Positions 1-13,704 of a DNA stretch of 64,000 nucleotides are shown here, in pieces. The DNA is from Mustelus asterias (taxonomy: Eukaryota), in assembly GCF_964213995.1 (NCBI RefSeq), contig NW_027590117.1, forward strand, positions 5,208,001 to 5,272,000, in the 5' to 3' direction. Made by a program: the position numbers and the translations under genes. Under the pieces are notes generated by a model. The model was not told the DNA's origin. It saw only the letters and a list, made by a program, of their open reading frames with translations, and searched no databases. Position 1 is the stretch's first letter. Each line of letters opens with the position of its first letter.

Positions 1-179
1 ATGAAAACCATTGCCTTGAGAGAAAGGGAGAGGAACCAGTGAGTGTAGAACTGAACTGCGCCAGCGCCAGCATCTTCGAGAGAGAGAGAGGAACCAGTGA
101 GTGCATGACGGAACCCAGCCAGAGTCAGCACCTTCAGGAGAGTTGGAATAGTGAGGATAGGTAGTTGAGAAGACTGCAT

Positions 180-660
180 GGCTGCATGGATGGTACAGGA
201 GGGAGGGCTATAGATTCCTGGGGCAGAGCGACCATTTCAGGCAGAACTGGGAACGGTACAATTTGGACAGATTACATTTGAACAGGAAGGGGACCAACAT
301 CCTCCCTGGGAGCTTTGTGAGAGCTGTTGGGATGGATTTATACTAAACTGGTAAGGGGATAGGATCCTGACAGGTAGTGATAGAATCTTCAGATTTGCCA
401 AGTGGTCACAGCCAGGACGGAGTGACTGCAGCTTAGGCAGCGAAGAGGACTCAGAGGGCAGCTGTGTCAGCCTCTACAACTAACCAATAGGTTTGAGGTT
501 CTTCCAGCTTCTTTGGATAAGAGCGGGGGCTGTAGGATGGATGAGGTGACTGACCTTTGCACTGGAGTACGGATGCCATTCAAGTAGTGATAGAAGGGGT
601 ATAGTGAGGAGAAGTGAGACTGCTCTCTGTAGCAAGGAGCAAGAGTTCAGATGGCTGTGA
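180..660 (+). mobile_element. CR1 ORF1 remnants
   Basis: Similar to the ORF1 region at 60440-61120 (W..GW.RREG.RF, D.LHLN..GTNIL). Confidence 0.65.
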
Positions 661-769
661 GGAAGAATTCTGAGTATGAATATGAATCTGCAATTAAAAA
701 TCTAATTGTCCCTTGTCATAAAACCCTATCTGGTTTACTAATGCTCTTTAGGGAAGGAAGTCTATTGGG

Positions 770-1445
770 CAGGCGTGTGTCTGAATTGTCAAGTCTCGAT
801 GTAACAAAAGCATGGATGAGGATTTCAGGTGCGGGTGAGTTGACGTATAATCAACAATGCGTGATCTTGCACAGCTGGAAATAGGTGATCTTGGTGAAGG
901 GACAATATGTGGTCAGAATCTCATTTCCGAGTCCAATGAGTTCCCAAGATTATGAGGGTTTGTTTCAACCTCAGACATTGACCAGTGGGAGAGATGGAGT
1001 CAGTGACTGGGAACGGAATTTGTGGTGGGAACTTTGGTTTTCCAAATATTTAATTGGGGGAATTCTCTGCTCAGCCAGTACTGGAGGTCAGAGAAGGATT
1101 CTATTAAATTAATAACAGAAGTTGGTTGTGAAGGGTGATGTTGAGGTAGAGCTGGGTGTTGTAAGCATGGACGTGAAAAGGACCACTGTGCTTTGAGATA
1201 ATGTCACCAAGGGGTAAGATGAGAAGTAGGACGGAGCCAAGGATAGATCCTTGGGGAATTTGGGTGGTAACAGCAGAGGAGTGGGGAGAGAAAACATTGC
1301 AGGTGATATTCTGCATATGACCAGAAAGATAAGTTTGGAACCAGCTGATTGCAGTCTTACCCAACTGAACAATCCCTCCTCATCCTTCTCAACCTGTCCA
1401 TGCCTTTGACATGGTTGACTGCACCATCCTAAACCAATACCTTCC
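770..1445 (-). mobile_element. L2 LINE RT fragment (second copy at ~33450-34140)
   Basis: Peptides AFDMVD, ISWFQTYLSG, IPQGSILGS and AYNTQLYL. Confidence 0.8.
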
Positions 1446-1711
1446 CACTGTGAGGTCAGTGTTCACAGCAGATGACGGTGTTAACGTACCTGACATGCCA
1501 GGGAAACATGATGAAGAACGTCTGGGCCTCAGTAAACGAGTCAGGAGAAGGCTGGAGTTCTCAATCATCTTCGTCTCAGGCGGCAGCTCCTCCATCTCAA
1601 TGTGTGGTGAGATAAGACCATTCTGCTCAGTCAGGAACACCCAGATTGACTGTCAGAGATAGAGGTTGTAATTATAACCAAACAATGTGTAACCAAGCCC
1701 CACCCAAACAC

Positions 1712-2025
1712 AGAATCATAGAATCCCTACAGTGCAGAAGGAGGCCATTCGACCCATCATGTCTGCTCTGACCAAATTCCCACCCAGGCCCTTTCCCTCT
1801 AAACCCACATATTTACCCTGCTAATCCCACTAACACTTGGGTCAATTTAGCATGGCCAATCAACCCAAACCACATCTTTGGTATGGGAGGAAACCGGAGC
1901 ACCCAGAGGAAACCCACGCAGAGACGGGGAGAACGTGCAAACTCTGCACAGACCAGTGACCCGGGGCCGGAATTGAACTTGGGTCCCTGGCGCTGTGAGG
2001 CAGCAATGCTAACCACTGTGACACC
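1712..2025 (-). mobile_element. V-SINE copy
   Basis: Same family. Further partial copies lie at ~3810-3990, 4100-4480, 11225-11420, 20150-20285, 23990-24230, 31495-31745, 32650-32940, 35755-35985 and 57310-57505. Confidence 0.88.
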
Positions 2026-3145
2026 TTTCCTTTCCCAGAAAGCACCGAAGGATCCCAGTATCTCTCTCTGGCCGATGCAGATTGAGGTGCTCTAACCCGG
2101 TATGGCACTGAGCCCCACATGCAGAGCACTAGAAGATCCCAGTATCTCTCCCTGGCCTATGCAGAGTTAGGGGCTCTTACCTGGTGTGGCACTGAGCCCC
2201 ACACATAGAGCACGGGAAGATCCCACTGTCTGTGCTTATTGGTCTGACTCCAGGTGGTTTGCAGCACCGCCACTGCTGAGACTGGGGAACTGCAGCGTGA
2301 CAGGTTTACATAGCAAGCCGACATTGGAAACCCTTAGCTGCGGATTGAGAGCCGGGCGGGACGGAATTCTCGATGCCAACATCCTTCACCCATCCAGAGC
2401 CCCGCCGCGGGCTCAGGATCCCGGCCCGGAGACTGAAACCACTGGCCGGACATTTGCTGCCGCTCCGTCCGGTGTCTGATGGGCCCAGGGTAAATTCCCG
2501 CCATCGACCTGTGACTGGCAGCTGGGAAAACCAATCAGAAATTGACGCATCACTGTTATTCAATGGACGGTCTGCGTCGACTGATTGACAGCTACTTTGT
2601 CCAACCTGTGAGCTCCATTCGACTGAATTAAGAAAATAATGAAAATGACGATCACGCTGCGAACAAAACACGGCCCTAATGTGATTGACATCTTCGTTAG
2701 CCAATCGCAACGCACTGACCAATCAGTGTGCGCCGAGTTTGCGCGACTCGCGGAGCGTCAATCCCAGCCCAGCGCTATTGCGTCATTCAATTCGATCCGG
2801 GGCTGATCCCAATGAGAAATCAGAGAGCTGGAGGCGGGAAGAATCCTTAAAGTGGAATCGCTCAGAGAATTATAGTTGTGGAACTATTATTTGCTGATGG
2901 CAATTGAAGAGTCAAAAGTCAGACTGTGCAAAAGATGAAACCCGCGGGAAAGGAAAGAGGAAATGAATGAACGGGAAGGAACGCAAGTGAGAAGCAGAGA
3001 CTTTAGAGAGGGAATTCCAGAGCTGAATTTCCAGGGCTGAAAGCACGTCAATCACAGGTGGAGAGAATCAAATGAGGGTTGCTCACGAGGCCAGAATCAG
3101 ATGAGCTCACACATTTCAAAGGATTCTTGGGCTGGAGGTGATGAA

Positions 3146-3466
3146 TCATAGAAACATACAGTACAGAAAGAGGCCAATCGGCCCATCGAGTCTGCACCGA
3201 CCACAATCCCATCCCAGGCTGTACCTCCATATATTTTACCCACTAATCTATGCATCCCAGGACACTAGGGGCAATTTTAGCATAGCCAATCAACCTAACC
3301 CGCACATCTTTGAATTGTGGGTGGAAACCGGAGCTCCCGGGGAAAACCACGCAGACACGAGGAGAATGTGCAAACTCCACACAGACAGTGACCCAAGCCG
3401 GGAATCGAACCCAAGTCCCTGGAGCTGTGAAGCAGCAATGCTAACCACTGTGCTACCGTGCCGCCC
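3146..3466 (-). mobile_element. V-SINE copy
   Basis: Reverse complement of the 36343-36680 family. Confidence 0.9.
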
Positions 3467-4499
3467 ACGGCATGAAAGGGAGGAAGAGCTGAGGACATGG
3501 AGGGATTTGGAAACAGGGATAAGAATTTTAACATTGAGGCATTACTGAACCACGAGTCAGTGTTTGTCAGTGAGCACAGGGTTGATGCATTAATGGTATT
3601 TGGAGTAAATTCTGATATGAGAAATCAATTAGCAGCTTTTTAGACCCAGCAGCACAATAAATCGGATCAGAAGTGGACCACATGGCCCCTCAAGCCTGCT
3701 GTTCCAGTAAATACGGTCATGTTTTAGATTCTCAAACCACGGAATATTTGCAATGTACTACAACCCTTTTGGCCCATCAAGTCCACACTGCCTCATTGAA
3801 ACGGCATTCTACCGAATCCCACTCCCCCACCTCACAGCCCCAGAAACCCGGGTTTGTTTCTGGCCGTTGGTGACTGTGCAAAATCTGCACATTCTCCCCG
3901 TGGGTTTCCTGGGTGCTCTCGTTTACTCGCGTGGTTCCACGATGTGCAGGTTAGGTGGATTGGCCTTGCTATATGTACCTATAATGTCCAAAGTTGTGTA
4001 CATTCGGCATTGATTCGGTGCAATTGTGACACTCAGTTTGAAATTTTACATCTGGTTCTTGATGAACTCGGGAAGATGAAAACCTTAGTCATAATATCCC
4101 TAAAGTGCAGAAGGTGGACATTCGGCCCATTGAGTCTGCCCTGATTCTCTGACCTCTTCACGCAACCTCGCATATTTACCCTGTTGATCTTTCTAAATTA
4201 AACATACTGGGACACATCAGAGAGAATTTAGCATGGTAAATTCACTTACCCTATCAATGGAGTGAGTGTGTGTGTGTGTGTCTGTGTGTGTGTGTGTCGG
4301 GGGGGGGGGGGGGAGGCGGCGGGAGGAGGGGGGGGGGTTGACGGGGAGGGGGCAAGAGCACCCGGAGGAAAGCAATGTGGACACAAAGAATATGTGGAAA
4401 TTGCAAACAGGCAGTCACCCAAGGCCTGAATTGAATCCGGGTCCCTGTCATTGTGCGGCAGCAGTGCTAACCACTGTGCCACTCTTCTTTTTCTTATAA

Positions 4500-5845
4500 A
4501 AGACCAAAAGACATAGGAGGGGAATTAGGCCACTCTGCCCATCGAGTCTGCTGCGCCATTCAATCATATATTTATCTCATTCCCATTCTCCTGTCTTTTT
4601 CCCATAACCACTGATCCCGTTATTAATCAAGAACCTATCTATCTCTGTCTGAAAAAACACTCAATCACCTCGCCTCCACAGCCTTCTGCGGCAATGAGTT
4701 CTACAGATTCACCACTTTCTCGCTGAAGAAATTCCTCCTCATCTCTGTGTTCAAGGAACGTCCCTTTAGCCTGAGGTTGTGCCCTCTGCTTCTAGTTTTT
4801 CCTACTCGTGGAAACATCCTCTCCATGTCCACTCTATCCTGGCCTCAGTTTCAATAAGATCCCCCCTCATCCTTCTAAACTCCAACGAGTGCAGACCCAG
4901 AATCCTCAACCGTTCCTCATATAACAAGCTCTTCATTCCAGGGATCATTCTTGTGACCCTCCTTTGGACTCATTCAAAAGGCCAGCACATCCTTCCTTAG
5001 ATACGGGTCCCAAACTGCTCATAATACTCCAAATGGGGTCTGACCAGAGTCTTTGTCGGCCTCTGAAGTACATCCCTGTTCTTGTATTCTAACCGTCTCG
5101 ACATTGCATTTGCCCTCCTAAATGCCGGCTGCACCTGCACATTGACCTTAAGAAAATCTTGAACTCGGTCTCCCAAGTCCCTTTGTGTTTCTGATTTCCG
5201 AAGCATTTCCCCATTTAGAAAATAGTCTATGCTTCTATTCCTCCTTCCATAGTGCATAACCTCACAGTTTTCCACATTGCATTCGATCTGCCACTTCTCT
5301 GCTCACACTCCTAGCCTGTCCAAGTCCTTCTGCAGCAGCCACCCACCACCCCCGCACCACCGCCCCCCCCCCCGCGCCCCACCCACCCCACGCCTGCTTC
5401 CTCAATGCCACCTGTCCCTCTACAGGTCCTCTCAGACTTATTTGCCTCATGAAAAATACCCAACTTCTCAAATCTATCTTCAATGCTGCAGGTCGTGATC
5501 AATAGAATCATTCATGGGAATCTCCTTTGCACTCTCTCCAATGTCTTCACAATCTTCTTCAATTGTGATGCCCAGAACTGGACTCACTGCTCCAGGTGAG
5601 GCCTGTCTAATGTACTTAAAAGCTCAACTTGACCTTCTTATTCATGTATTCGATCCTCCAAGAAAACGTATGATGCCATTTGCTTTATTCTCTGCTCTCT
5701 CAACATTCACAACCAACTTCAATTATTGTTGTACATAGAAACCGAGATCCCTTTGTTCCTGCATTTCCTTAAGAGTTTCTCCCTTTCTTTCTCCACACTC
5801 TCAAAATGAATCAACTCACACTTCTGAGCATTGAACTTCATCTAA
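4500..5845 (-). mobile_element. CR1 fragments
   Basis: RPHLEY..QF and QRDLG motifs on the minus strand, with a 3' tail at ~4500. Confidence 0.8.
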
Positions 5846-6597
5846 TTAGGTGCATTGACGCGAACAGATCCTGGAGTATGGCGACTGGGGGAATTTCACA
5901 TTAACTTCATTGCAGTATTTATTCGGCAAAATCCTTACTTATGACTAATATATAAACTTTATTTAAAGTTCACTTTACTTTACTTTTACTTTATCTGCCA
6001 CTCGTCTGCCCAGAGGACAGGAATGGAAGCGTTGACTCAGCATTTACACTGAGATGTTCGCTGTTGTTGTGCAAGTGTTTCACTGTTTATACATATATTT
6101 CCTGCTGTGCTCTGTGATGTAGAGTGTTCCAGCATGGAAACAGGCCCTTCGGCCCAAAGTGTCCATGCCGCCCAGTTTTTTTTTTACCTCGGAGCCATTC
6201 CCAATTAACCGCGTTTGGCCAATATCCCTCCAGACCCATCTTACCCAGGCAACTGTCTCAAATGTTGTTGAGAGCTTTTTTATCTGCTGTTGTGTAAAAT
6301 CCTTCCCTGTTGTTGTGTTTCCGGCTCTGTAAATATTTTTTTCTTCTGTTCTGTTAATATTTCCCCTTCTCTTGCAAACGTATTCCCTGATGTGTAAAAA
6401 GATTCTCCGTGAAGATGTTTTTGTCAGTAAATCGTTGCGTGTTGTGTTAAGATGTTCCCTCTTCTTCTGTCAAACGCTGGCTGCAGATCGAAGTTTTTTT
6501 GCGGGAAAGAGAAGCCAAATACCTGTCTTCGCCATGTTAAAGTCACAAATTATATGCGATTATCGTCATGCTACTGCACCATAAGTGCGAACATGAA

Positions 6598-6669
6598 TAG
6601 CAGAGGATGGTTTTGATCCATCGACCTCTGGGTTATGGGCCCAGCACGCTTCCGCTGCGCCACTCTGCT
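6598..6669 (-). tRNA. tRNA-iMet-CAT: Initiator tRNA-Met(CAT)
   Basis: AGCAGAGTGGCGCAGCGGAAGCGTGCTGGGCCCATAACCCAGAGGTCGATGGATCAAAACCATCCTCTGCTA; one T-loop G>A relative to the vertebrate consensus. Confidence 0.93.
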
Positions 6670-8568
6670 ACGCCACAAGCCACCCTTGCTGTCTATCAAT
6701 GTATCCAGGCAGATTTTCACTCCTGTATCCTTTAACAGGAATACGAGTGTGAGGAGGCATCACTGCATCACACCGAGAATACAATCGACAGAGAAAAACA
6801 CACAATAGCAGCAAGAGAGACTGCTTGGATGCATGTAACGACAGACAAAGGTGCTGGGAAAACGGCAAGAAACGGAATTGCAGGATCGATCACTGATTTT
6901 TAAACGAATTTTCTGTTGCAAATCCATGTTTGTACATATATTTCCTGCTGTGTAACTGTGCTCTATGTTGTTGAGAGGTGTTTTCTGTTGTTGTGTAGCA
7001 TGTCTCCCTGATGCTGTCAATGTCTTTCCGCCTGTGTAAATATGATCCATTTTGTGTCAATATTTTTTAAATATTCTGTTAATATATGCCCTGCTGCGTA
7101 AACGTGTTCCCACTTGAGTCAAAATATTCTCCGTGAAGATGTTTTCTGTTCAGCAAATGTTAATTATCTGCTCTCATGATGTTCCATACTGGGTTAAAAT
7201 GTTGCAGGTTGTGTGAAGATGTTCTCTGTTCTTGCATAAAATTCTGGTAAAACTGCAACTGAAAAAGGATCGCCCAATTTCGACTGTCTTTTACCCTCTG
7301 TTAGCGAATGTGATTGGGGATTCATATTGTATCCAATACATGCATGTGAGTGAGATGTGTTCTGTATCTGTCTGTCTCCAGTTGTAGTTGCGAGTTTTTA
7401 TTTATTTCGAGAGGTGGGCATCACTGACTAGGCCAGCATTCATTGCCAATCACTAACTGACCTTAAGAAGGTGGTGGTTTGTTGTTTTCTTGTACTGCTG
7501 CATTCCCTGAGGTGTCGGTACAGCCCCAATGCTGTTAGCCAAACAGTCTTTCAGGATTTTGCCACTGCAGCAGTGAAGGAGCCGCGATGTATTTCCATGT
7601 CAGGACGGTGAGTGGGTTAGACGCCGGTTTGGGGCGGGGGTGATGGGGGGGGGGGTGGGTGCGGGGAGGGGGGGGGCGTTGTGGAAGCGGGAGGTGGTGG
7701 AGATTGCAGTGCTGGTGCTCGCATGTATCTGCTGCCGCTGTCCTTCGAGGTGGTAGAGGTGGTGGGTTTGTGGGTGCAGTCTAAGGAGAGAAAATGAAAA
7801 AAAATATTGTTCCAATTGGCAAAGGAGAGAAGGATGGTTTTTAATGCGCTGAGTGATTAGGACCTGGATTGCACTGCCCGAGACTGTGGCAGAGGCAGCA
7901 TCAAATCAGGCTATCAAAGGGGAATGGGTTCAGCACCTGAAGTGAAAGGATTTGCAGGGATATGAGACAAGGACTGGGAAAGGGAAGAGCTGAGTCGTTC
8001 TTGTACAGACCAGCACACAGGCAAAGGGCCGAATGGTCTCCCTTTCTTTGTTGTATGCATTCTGAGATTCTGTATGTATGAGTGTTGGACTCATTCTGTA
8101 TCGCTCTGTCTCTGGTGCGACAGATGTGTGTGATATTCATTTTAAATCTATGTGAGAGATTTTGCAAATCTGTACACATTCTACCCGCAAGATACCTAAT
8201 TGGAACCGGGCCTTTTGTTCTAATTAGTACATGATTCCATACGATCCTCTACTCTAAATCTTCAATGTAACAGCATCTGCTTATCTCTGAAATTCATTCT
8301 CCATCGTCTTATTGCCTAGGTTTCCCTTTAGTACATTGGTGCTAGTCGACTCAACTGCTCCAGGTAATAGCAAATTGCAAGTTATATTGACTACATGGGA
8401 AAGTACATTAACATTGAATTCTCCATGGGATATAAGGCTGACATCCAATCATTAATTCCTGTTTGATCTGTCTCTGCAAAAGCGATCGTTCATGTCTTTT
8501 ATCTCTGCTCTACTGCAGTTCTGTATTGCGGCCAGTAGATGTCAGCACACTCTGGTCGTCTGAAGTTT

Positions 8569-8708
8569 CGATGTGGAGATGCCGGCGTTGGACTGGGGTA
8601 AACACAGTAAGAAGTTTAACAACACCAGGTTAAAGTCCAACAGGTTTATTTGGTAGCAAAAGCCACACAAGCTTTCGGAGCTGCAAGCCCCTTCTTCAGG
8701 TGAGTGGG
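8569..8708 (-). mobile_element. Short Penelope terminal-repeat insertion with an 11-bp TSD
   Basis: Matches the Penelope end at 14260-14398. TSD GTCTGAAGTTT at 8558-8568 and 8709-8719. Confidence 0.88.
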
Positions 8709-10547
8709 GTCTGAAGTTTAGACAGAGAGGGATACAACAGACAGGAAATGTTCACATTATATTGAACCTGGGACGGAGGAATTTCGGAATATTAAATATG
8801 TTGGCCATAACAATTCGAAATTGACCAGTACGCTGCTTTGCTCTGTATTCACCATTTAAATACCCATGAATCAGCAAGGCTATGCTTTTTAAGTATTTTT
8901 AAGTGAAAGTATTAGCACCAGTCGGTATTCTCTTTTCAACCAAGTGGCATTTTGAATCATTGTTGTTTAGCATGGTTAGAATTTCATTATGCAACGGTTT
9001 AATTATTAGTACAAACCTATTAAAGCATATATTACACAAAGTTTTATCTATTTATAATTGGGGTAGTACATAAAGAGAAACTTGCTTTTCTTGACAGATA
9101 TTATTGACCTATATCTGGGTGTACAGGTTTCAATCTCAAAATTTACCAGTGGTGCAAAACTTGAAAAGATTATGAACTTTAGTGAGAAGGATATTGATAA
9201 TCTTCAAGAAGATATGGACAGGCTCGTGGAATGTGCAGACACGTGACATATTGCAACTTAATTAATGTAAGGAAGTGTGAACTGATACATCTTGGTCCGA
9301 AGATCAAGGAGAGACGATATAAAACAATTTATATTTTATATAAAAACATTTAGCGTTCCTAATCCGTATTGCACCTTTACCACACCAAGATGCCGCAGTC
9401 TCTCCACACATTTCAGAACCCACTGAATATCCAGCCTGGAGTCTGCATTTCACCATCTACTTGTACTGTGAACATTAAACATTTAGCACACCTACTTTCC
9501 TATGTCCCTTCACTCTGCAACGACTCCCTGCTCCATCTGACAACTCCGTCAATGTCGCACCTTCACTTTGTCTATTGCCCATGGTAGGCTTACTCTGCCC
9601 AGTATCCATTGTGTTTCACTTTGATCAGTTATATTGCCCAGATTGCATACTGTTCCAACTTTTCTATTCTCCATTAATAATGAATGAATAAATAGAACCA
9701 TCCCTTGAATAAACACTGTCACCTTTCAATGTTTTGCGGATGAGTTTCATGAAGTGCTGTGTGTGATTCCCACCTTTATGCTTCTGTACAAATTGAGTCA
9801 AAGGAAAGTTATTCAAATATATTTTCAATTCTCCTTCTCTTTCACAAAGGACTGAGCGGGTATTGGATACAGTTTCAATCATAGCTTTAAAAAGATAGAG
9901 ATTGGGTTTTCAAGTTTAAAATCCAAGGGTGACCTCAATGCCTGAAGTGATTTTCAGGGCTGTGGCGACTAGAATACCAATGCAGATTATCAATTTGAAT
10001 CATTCAAAATCATAGAATGGAGCATCCATTGTTGATGAAAGGAAACTTTAAACTGTGCAGCTGTGCTCTGCTTCAGGAACTGGTTTTATGGAAATCTCCA
10101 TTAATCAAAAATGTTGCCACACCTGGTGAGCATTTCCAGCATTTTTTGTGTTTCTTTCAGATTTCCAGCTTCCAGCTTTGCGTTGTGTTCTGTGCAGATG
10201 TTTCCCTGGAACAGGGAACAGGTTCTGATCAGTCCTGTGACAGATAGAGTGGAATGTGTCTCCCGACTATCAAAACCGCGAGATTAATCTCCAAGATGTA
10301 CAGGAGAATGAGGAGGAGAGACAGGGAGGATCATTCTGTGATGGACAGGTTTCCCGTATAAAGGACACAAAGGTTTGTATTTCCACAGCCTTCTGAACAG
10401 ACATAAGATGCCCCAACATGACTTGCAATCAATGAAGTTCCTCTCAACAGTTCTTGACATTTTAACTCCGAGAGTTCTGAACTTACCAGTCGTTTCTACC
10501 TTGTCAAGCATCCATGTATGGACCTGAGAAGTGAATTCCTAGCGCGC

Positions 10548-10638
10548 GGCTCTGTGGCGCAATGGATAGCAGGTTGGACTTCTAAAAGATGGCAGCTTAG
10601 CAATTCAAAGGTTGTGGGTTCGAATCCCACCAGAGTCG
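10548..10638 (+). tRNA. tRNA-Arg-TCT: Intron-containing tRNA-Arg(TCT), D-stem variant
   Basis: GGCTCTGTGGCGCAATGGATAGC...CTTCTA[18-nt intron 10585-10602]ATTCAAAGGTTGTGGGTTCGAATCCCACCAGAGTCG. GCA>AGG weakens the D-stem. Confidence 0.85.
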
Positions 10639-12548
10639 AATTTTGGATCAGATTCGTAACAAACAGCTTGCTCCTTCATTGATCTGATTCGGTTTGGCAC
10701 CGACATTTCCTGCTCTGCCATCTCTCCATGCTGTTTCTGTTTACTCGGCTCCCAGGGAAACCACTGACTCGAGAAGAAATCGCAATCCCCGGGGGCTTTC
10801 TTAAAGTTTGACACAACATTCGCTGGTTGGGTTAGAAATAGTAATTTTTCAATTAGATATTTCGCTTCCTTTGGAAGATAAAGAAGATTAAAGAACACAC
10901 ACTGAACGACAACAACCTATAAATAACTACAATCAATAACTAAATATCAGCGCCGTGCAACCTAGTGGTATTATTCTGATGTGTCTGCTGCGCTTGTCCT
11001 TCTCGGCTGTAGTGGTCGTGGGTTTGGGAAGGTGCTGGCAAAGTAGCCTTGCTGAGTTGTGCAGTTCATCTTGTAGATGGTGTACACTGCTGCCGTTGTG
11101 TATTGGTAGCGAACGGAGTGAATTTTTATGCATGGGAAGGGAATGACGTGGGATGCTTTGTCCTGGATGGTGCCAAACTGTAGTGCTGTACAAGCTGCAT
11201 TCACCGAAGCAAGTTATCCCAGGAAACCGAGTGCTCCGGTTTCCTCCCACAGCCCAAAGATGAGCAGGTTGTGTGGATTGGCCATGCTAGATTCCCCAAG
11301 GTGTTTGTATCGGTAGATTAGCGGGGTGGAAAGGTCCTGTGTGCGATTCTCTGTCGGAGAGTCGGTACAGGCCCGATGGGCAGAATGGTCTCTTTCAGCA
11401 CTGTCGGGATTGTGTGATTCTCAGGCCATTTGACTGTGTTAGAAATTCCCTGAGGAAATAAAAAGGAAAACTGTCTTTGTAGAATTTACAGCATTGGGTT
11501 TATTGGAGATTATTTTTTACTGCAAAATGATGAAAATAACTGAATCGTGTAAATAAACCGTCGAGATATTCGTGGGGAGTCTCGAAATCTGTGTTTGTTT
11601 CATCTTTGTAGATCATCCACTGTAAAGGGAAAGACAATATTGACAAGCAAGAAAGGGACATTGTAACTTGAGTAATTGCAATGAACACTTGAAAGATCAC
11701 CTGAAAGTAATCAAGGCACTGCTCTTGTACGTGAAACCAGGATCTACCTGTTGCTAGACATGGGCTTTAACCAACTCAGCTGCAGAGCCTGATACTGCTA
11801 CTCCTGGTGCAGCAGAATGCTGGAAATAAGCTCCAGATCTGTTGGTGTTTGTGAAAAAAGAGATACTGCCAGATCTGGAACGTATCTGAGAAAATAGAGG
11901 TCGTTCACATTTCAGATGCAGACCTTTCACGGGAACGACCGTTTCTCTCTCCCCAGATGCTATGGGATCTCGGATAGATTCATGAAAGAAAATAATTGAA
12001 TCCCACAGTGGCCCATCGAGACTGCACCGAATTCCCAGTAAACATTTCAAATCCGCCTTTCCCCGACATTGAACAAGCACATCAGAGGGAATCGCACACA
12101 TCACTCAGTGAAACTCTTCCGCTAATCATTGAGCTGGTTCCATTTACTGTTTTCAGGCACACATCTGGTATAAAAGTAGCCGTGTTCAGGATTTGATTCA
12201 CACGTATAATTTACTATTCTAAAGTTGGTTATTTTTTAATACTTCATTCATACGGGATATGTGTGTCACTGGCCTGGGAAGCATTTATTGATCAATTTAA
12301 ATACTTCTCAGTAATTGGCGGTGAACTCATTCTTGAGCCACTGCAGTCCATGTGGTGTATGTGTATACACACTGTTGTTCTGGATAGAGTTCCAGGATTG
12401 TGAGCTGGCCACAGCAAAGGCGATATATTTCCAAGTCAAGATGGAGTGCATCTTGCAGGTCGTCGTCGTTGTTCTGCATCTGCTGCCCATGTGCAGCCAG
12501 GTGAGAGTTGCCTTGCGTTTCGAAGGTGCCTCGCGACGCAATAACAAT

Positions 12549-12631
12549 TGTCAGGAGTGGGATTTGAACAGACGTCTCCAGAGGAGACTGCGATCTAAAC
12601 GCAGCGCCTTAGACCGCTCGGCCATCCTGCC
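12549..12631 (-). pseudogene. tRNA-Leu (CAG-type body, TAG anticodon), probable pseudogene
   Basis: GGCAGGATGGCCGAGCGGTCTAAGGCGCTGCGTTTAGATCGCAG...CTCCTGACA, with acceptor- and T-stem mismatches. Confidence 0.85.
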
Positions 12632-13704
12632 TACACTGGAACTAGCGTAAAAACTCTGCACAAATCGATTTGAATTCCATCTTTATTGTTATTACATTTA
12701 AAACTCGATGTGTTTTTTCCATTTGTCAATCCCAGCCAGAGGCTCGTATCTGAGTCCCATCCTTCTCCAAGCCGCCGGGGGGTGAGCAGTTTCTCATTGC
12801 TGCATTGTTCTGTTCGCCCAAATCAACAAAGACCCAATTCCCGCCCTCCCTGTTCCTTCCATGAAGGTGTTGAGAGGGTCAGATCTGAGCAACATGATGT
12901 ATTCAATTGGAGAGTTACATCCTGGTGACATGAATATCTCTCCACAGCTGCTTTCGGAGCTGCAGAACATTTCCAGCATTTCCTGGTTCTGATTTTGTGC
13001 CTTCATTACAGGAGGTCATTGTCTGACAACCAAAACCTGTCTCTTTTACGCAGCTCCAGATACAGCTTTTCTGTGATCTTCTCACAGACAAGTTCACTCT
13101 TCACTTTCCTACACACACGCTTTAAAATCGGCTGTTTTACACTCAGCACCCTGCGGCATTGTCTTCAATGCTCACCACACCTCCCATCCGCCCATCAGGG
13201 TCACAAGGGTACAAGTATTTTTAAAAAAATAAGAATTCACCGGTTCAAAGGGATCACATTGTTTGTGAGGGAATATAGGGGAATAATCCGCACTCACAAG
13301 CAGAATGAAAATGAGTTAATCTCTCTCTCAAACGCACACTCATATAAACACTCACACATCCACCGCCACGGCAGATGGTGAAATTCGACATCAATAAAAA
13401 TGTCTGGAATTCGATTGTCGTAGAAAAAGAAACAACAACTGATAAACTAATGCTCTTTTGGGAAGGAATTCTTACCTTGTCTGGCCTGTATGTGACTCCC
13501 GACCAACAGCAATGCGGTTGACTCTGAGCTGCCCTCAAAGGTGGCCGACCAAGCCACTCATTTGGAGGGAATTTTGGGGGCGATGTCTTTGTGGTATTAT
13601 CGCTGGAATATTGATCCCGAAACTCAACTAATTTCTGTCTGGATCCGTGCTCAAATCCCGCCACGGTAGCTGGTGGAATTTGAGTTCAATGCAAAATACC
13701 TGCA

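Larger units (their letters stand above)
660..3080 (-). other. Repeated promoter/exon module (partial copies at 14398-15495 and 33350-34400)
   Basis: ~1627-3080 aligns with 14398-15495 (minus a SINE), and 660-1690 aligns with 33350-34400. It is CpG-rich with repeated CCAAT and TGCGTCA motifs. Confidence 0.85.

Noticed and set aside
18-142. ~58-bp direct repeat at the window start
   Set aside because: Only two degenerate units and the context is cut by the window edge, so it cannot be interpreted.
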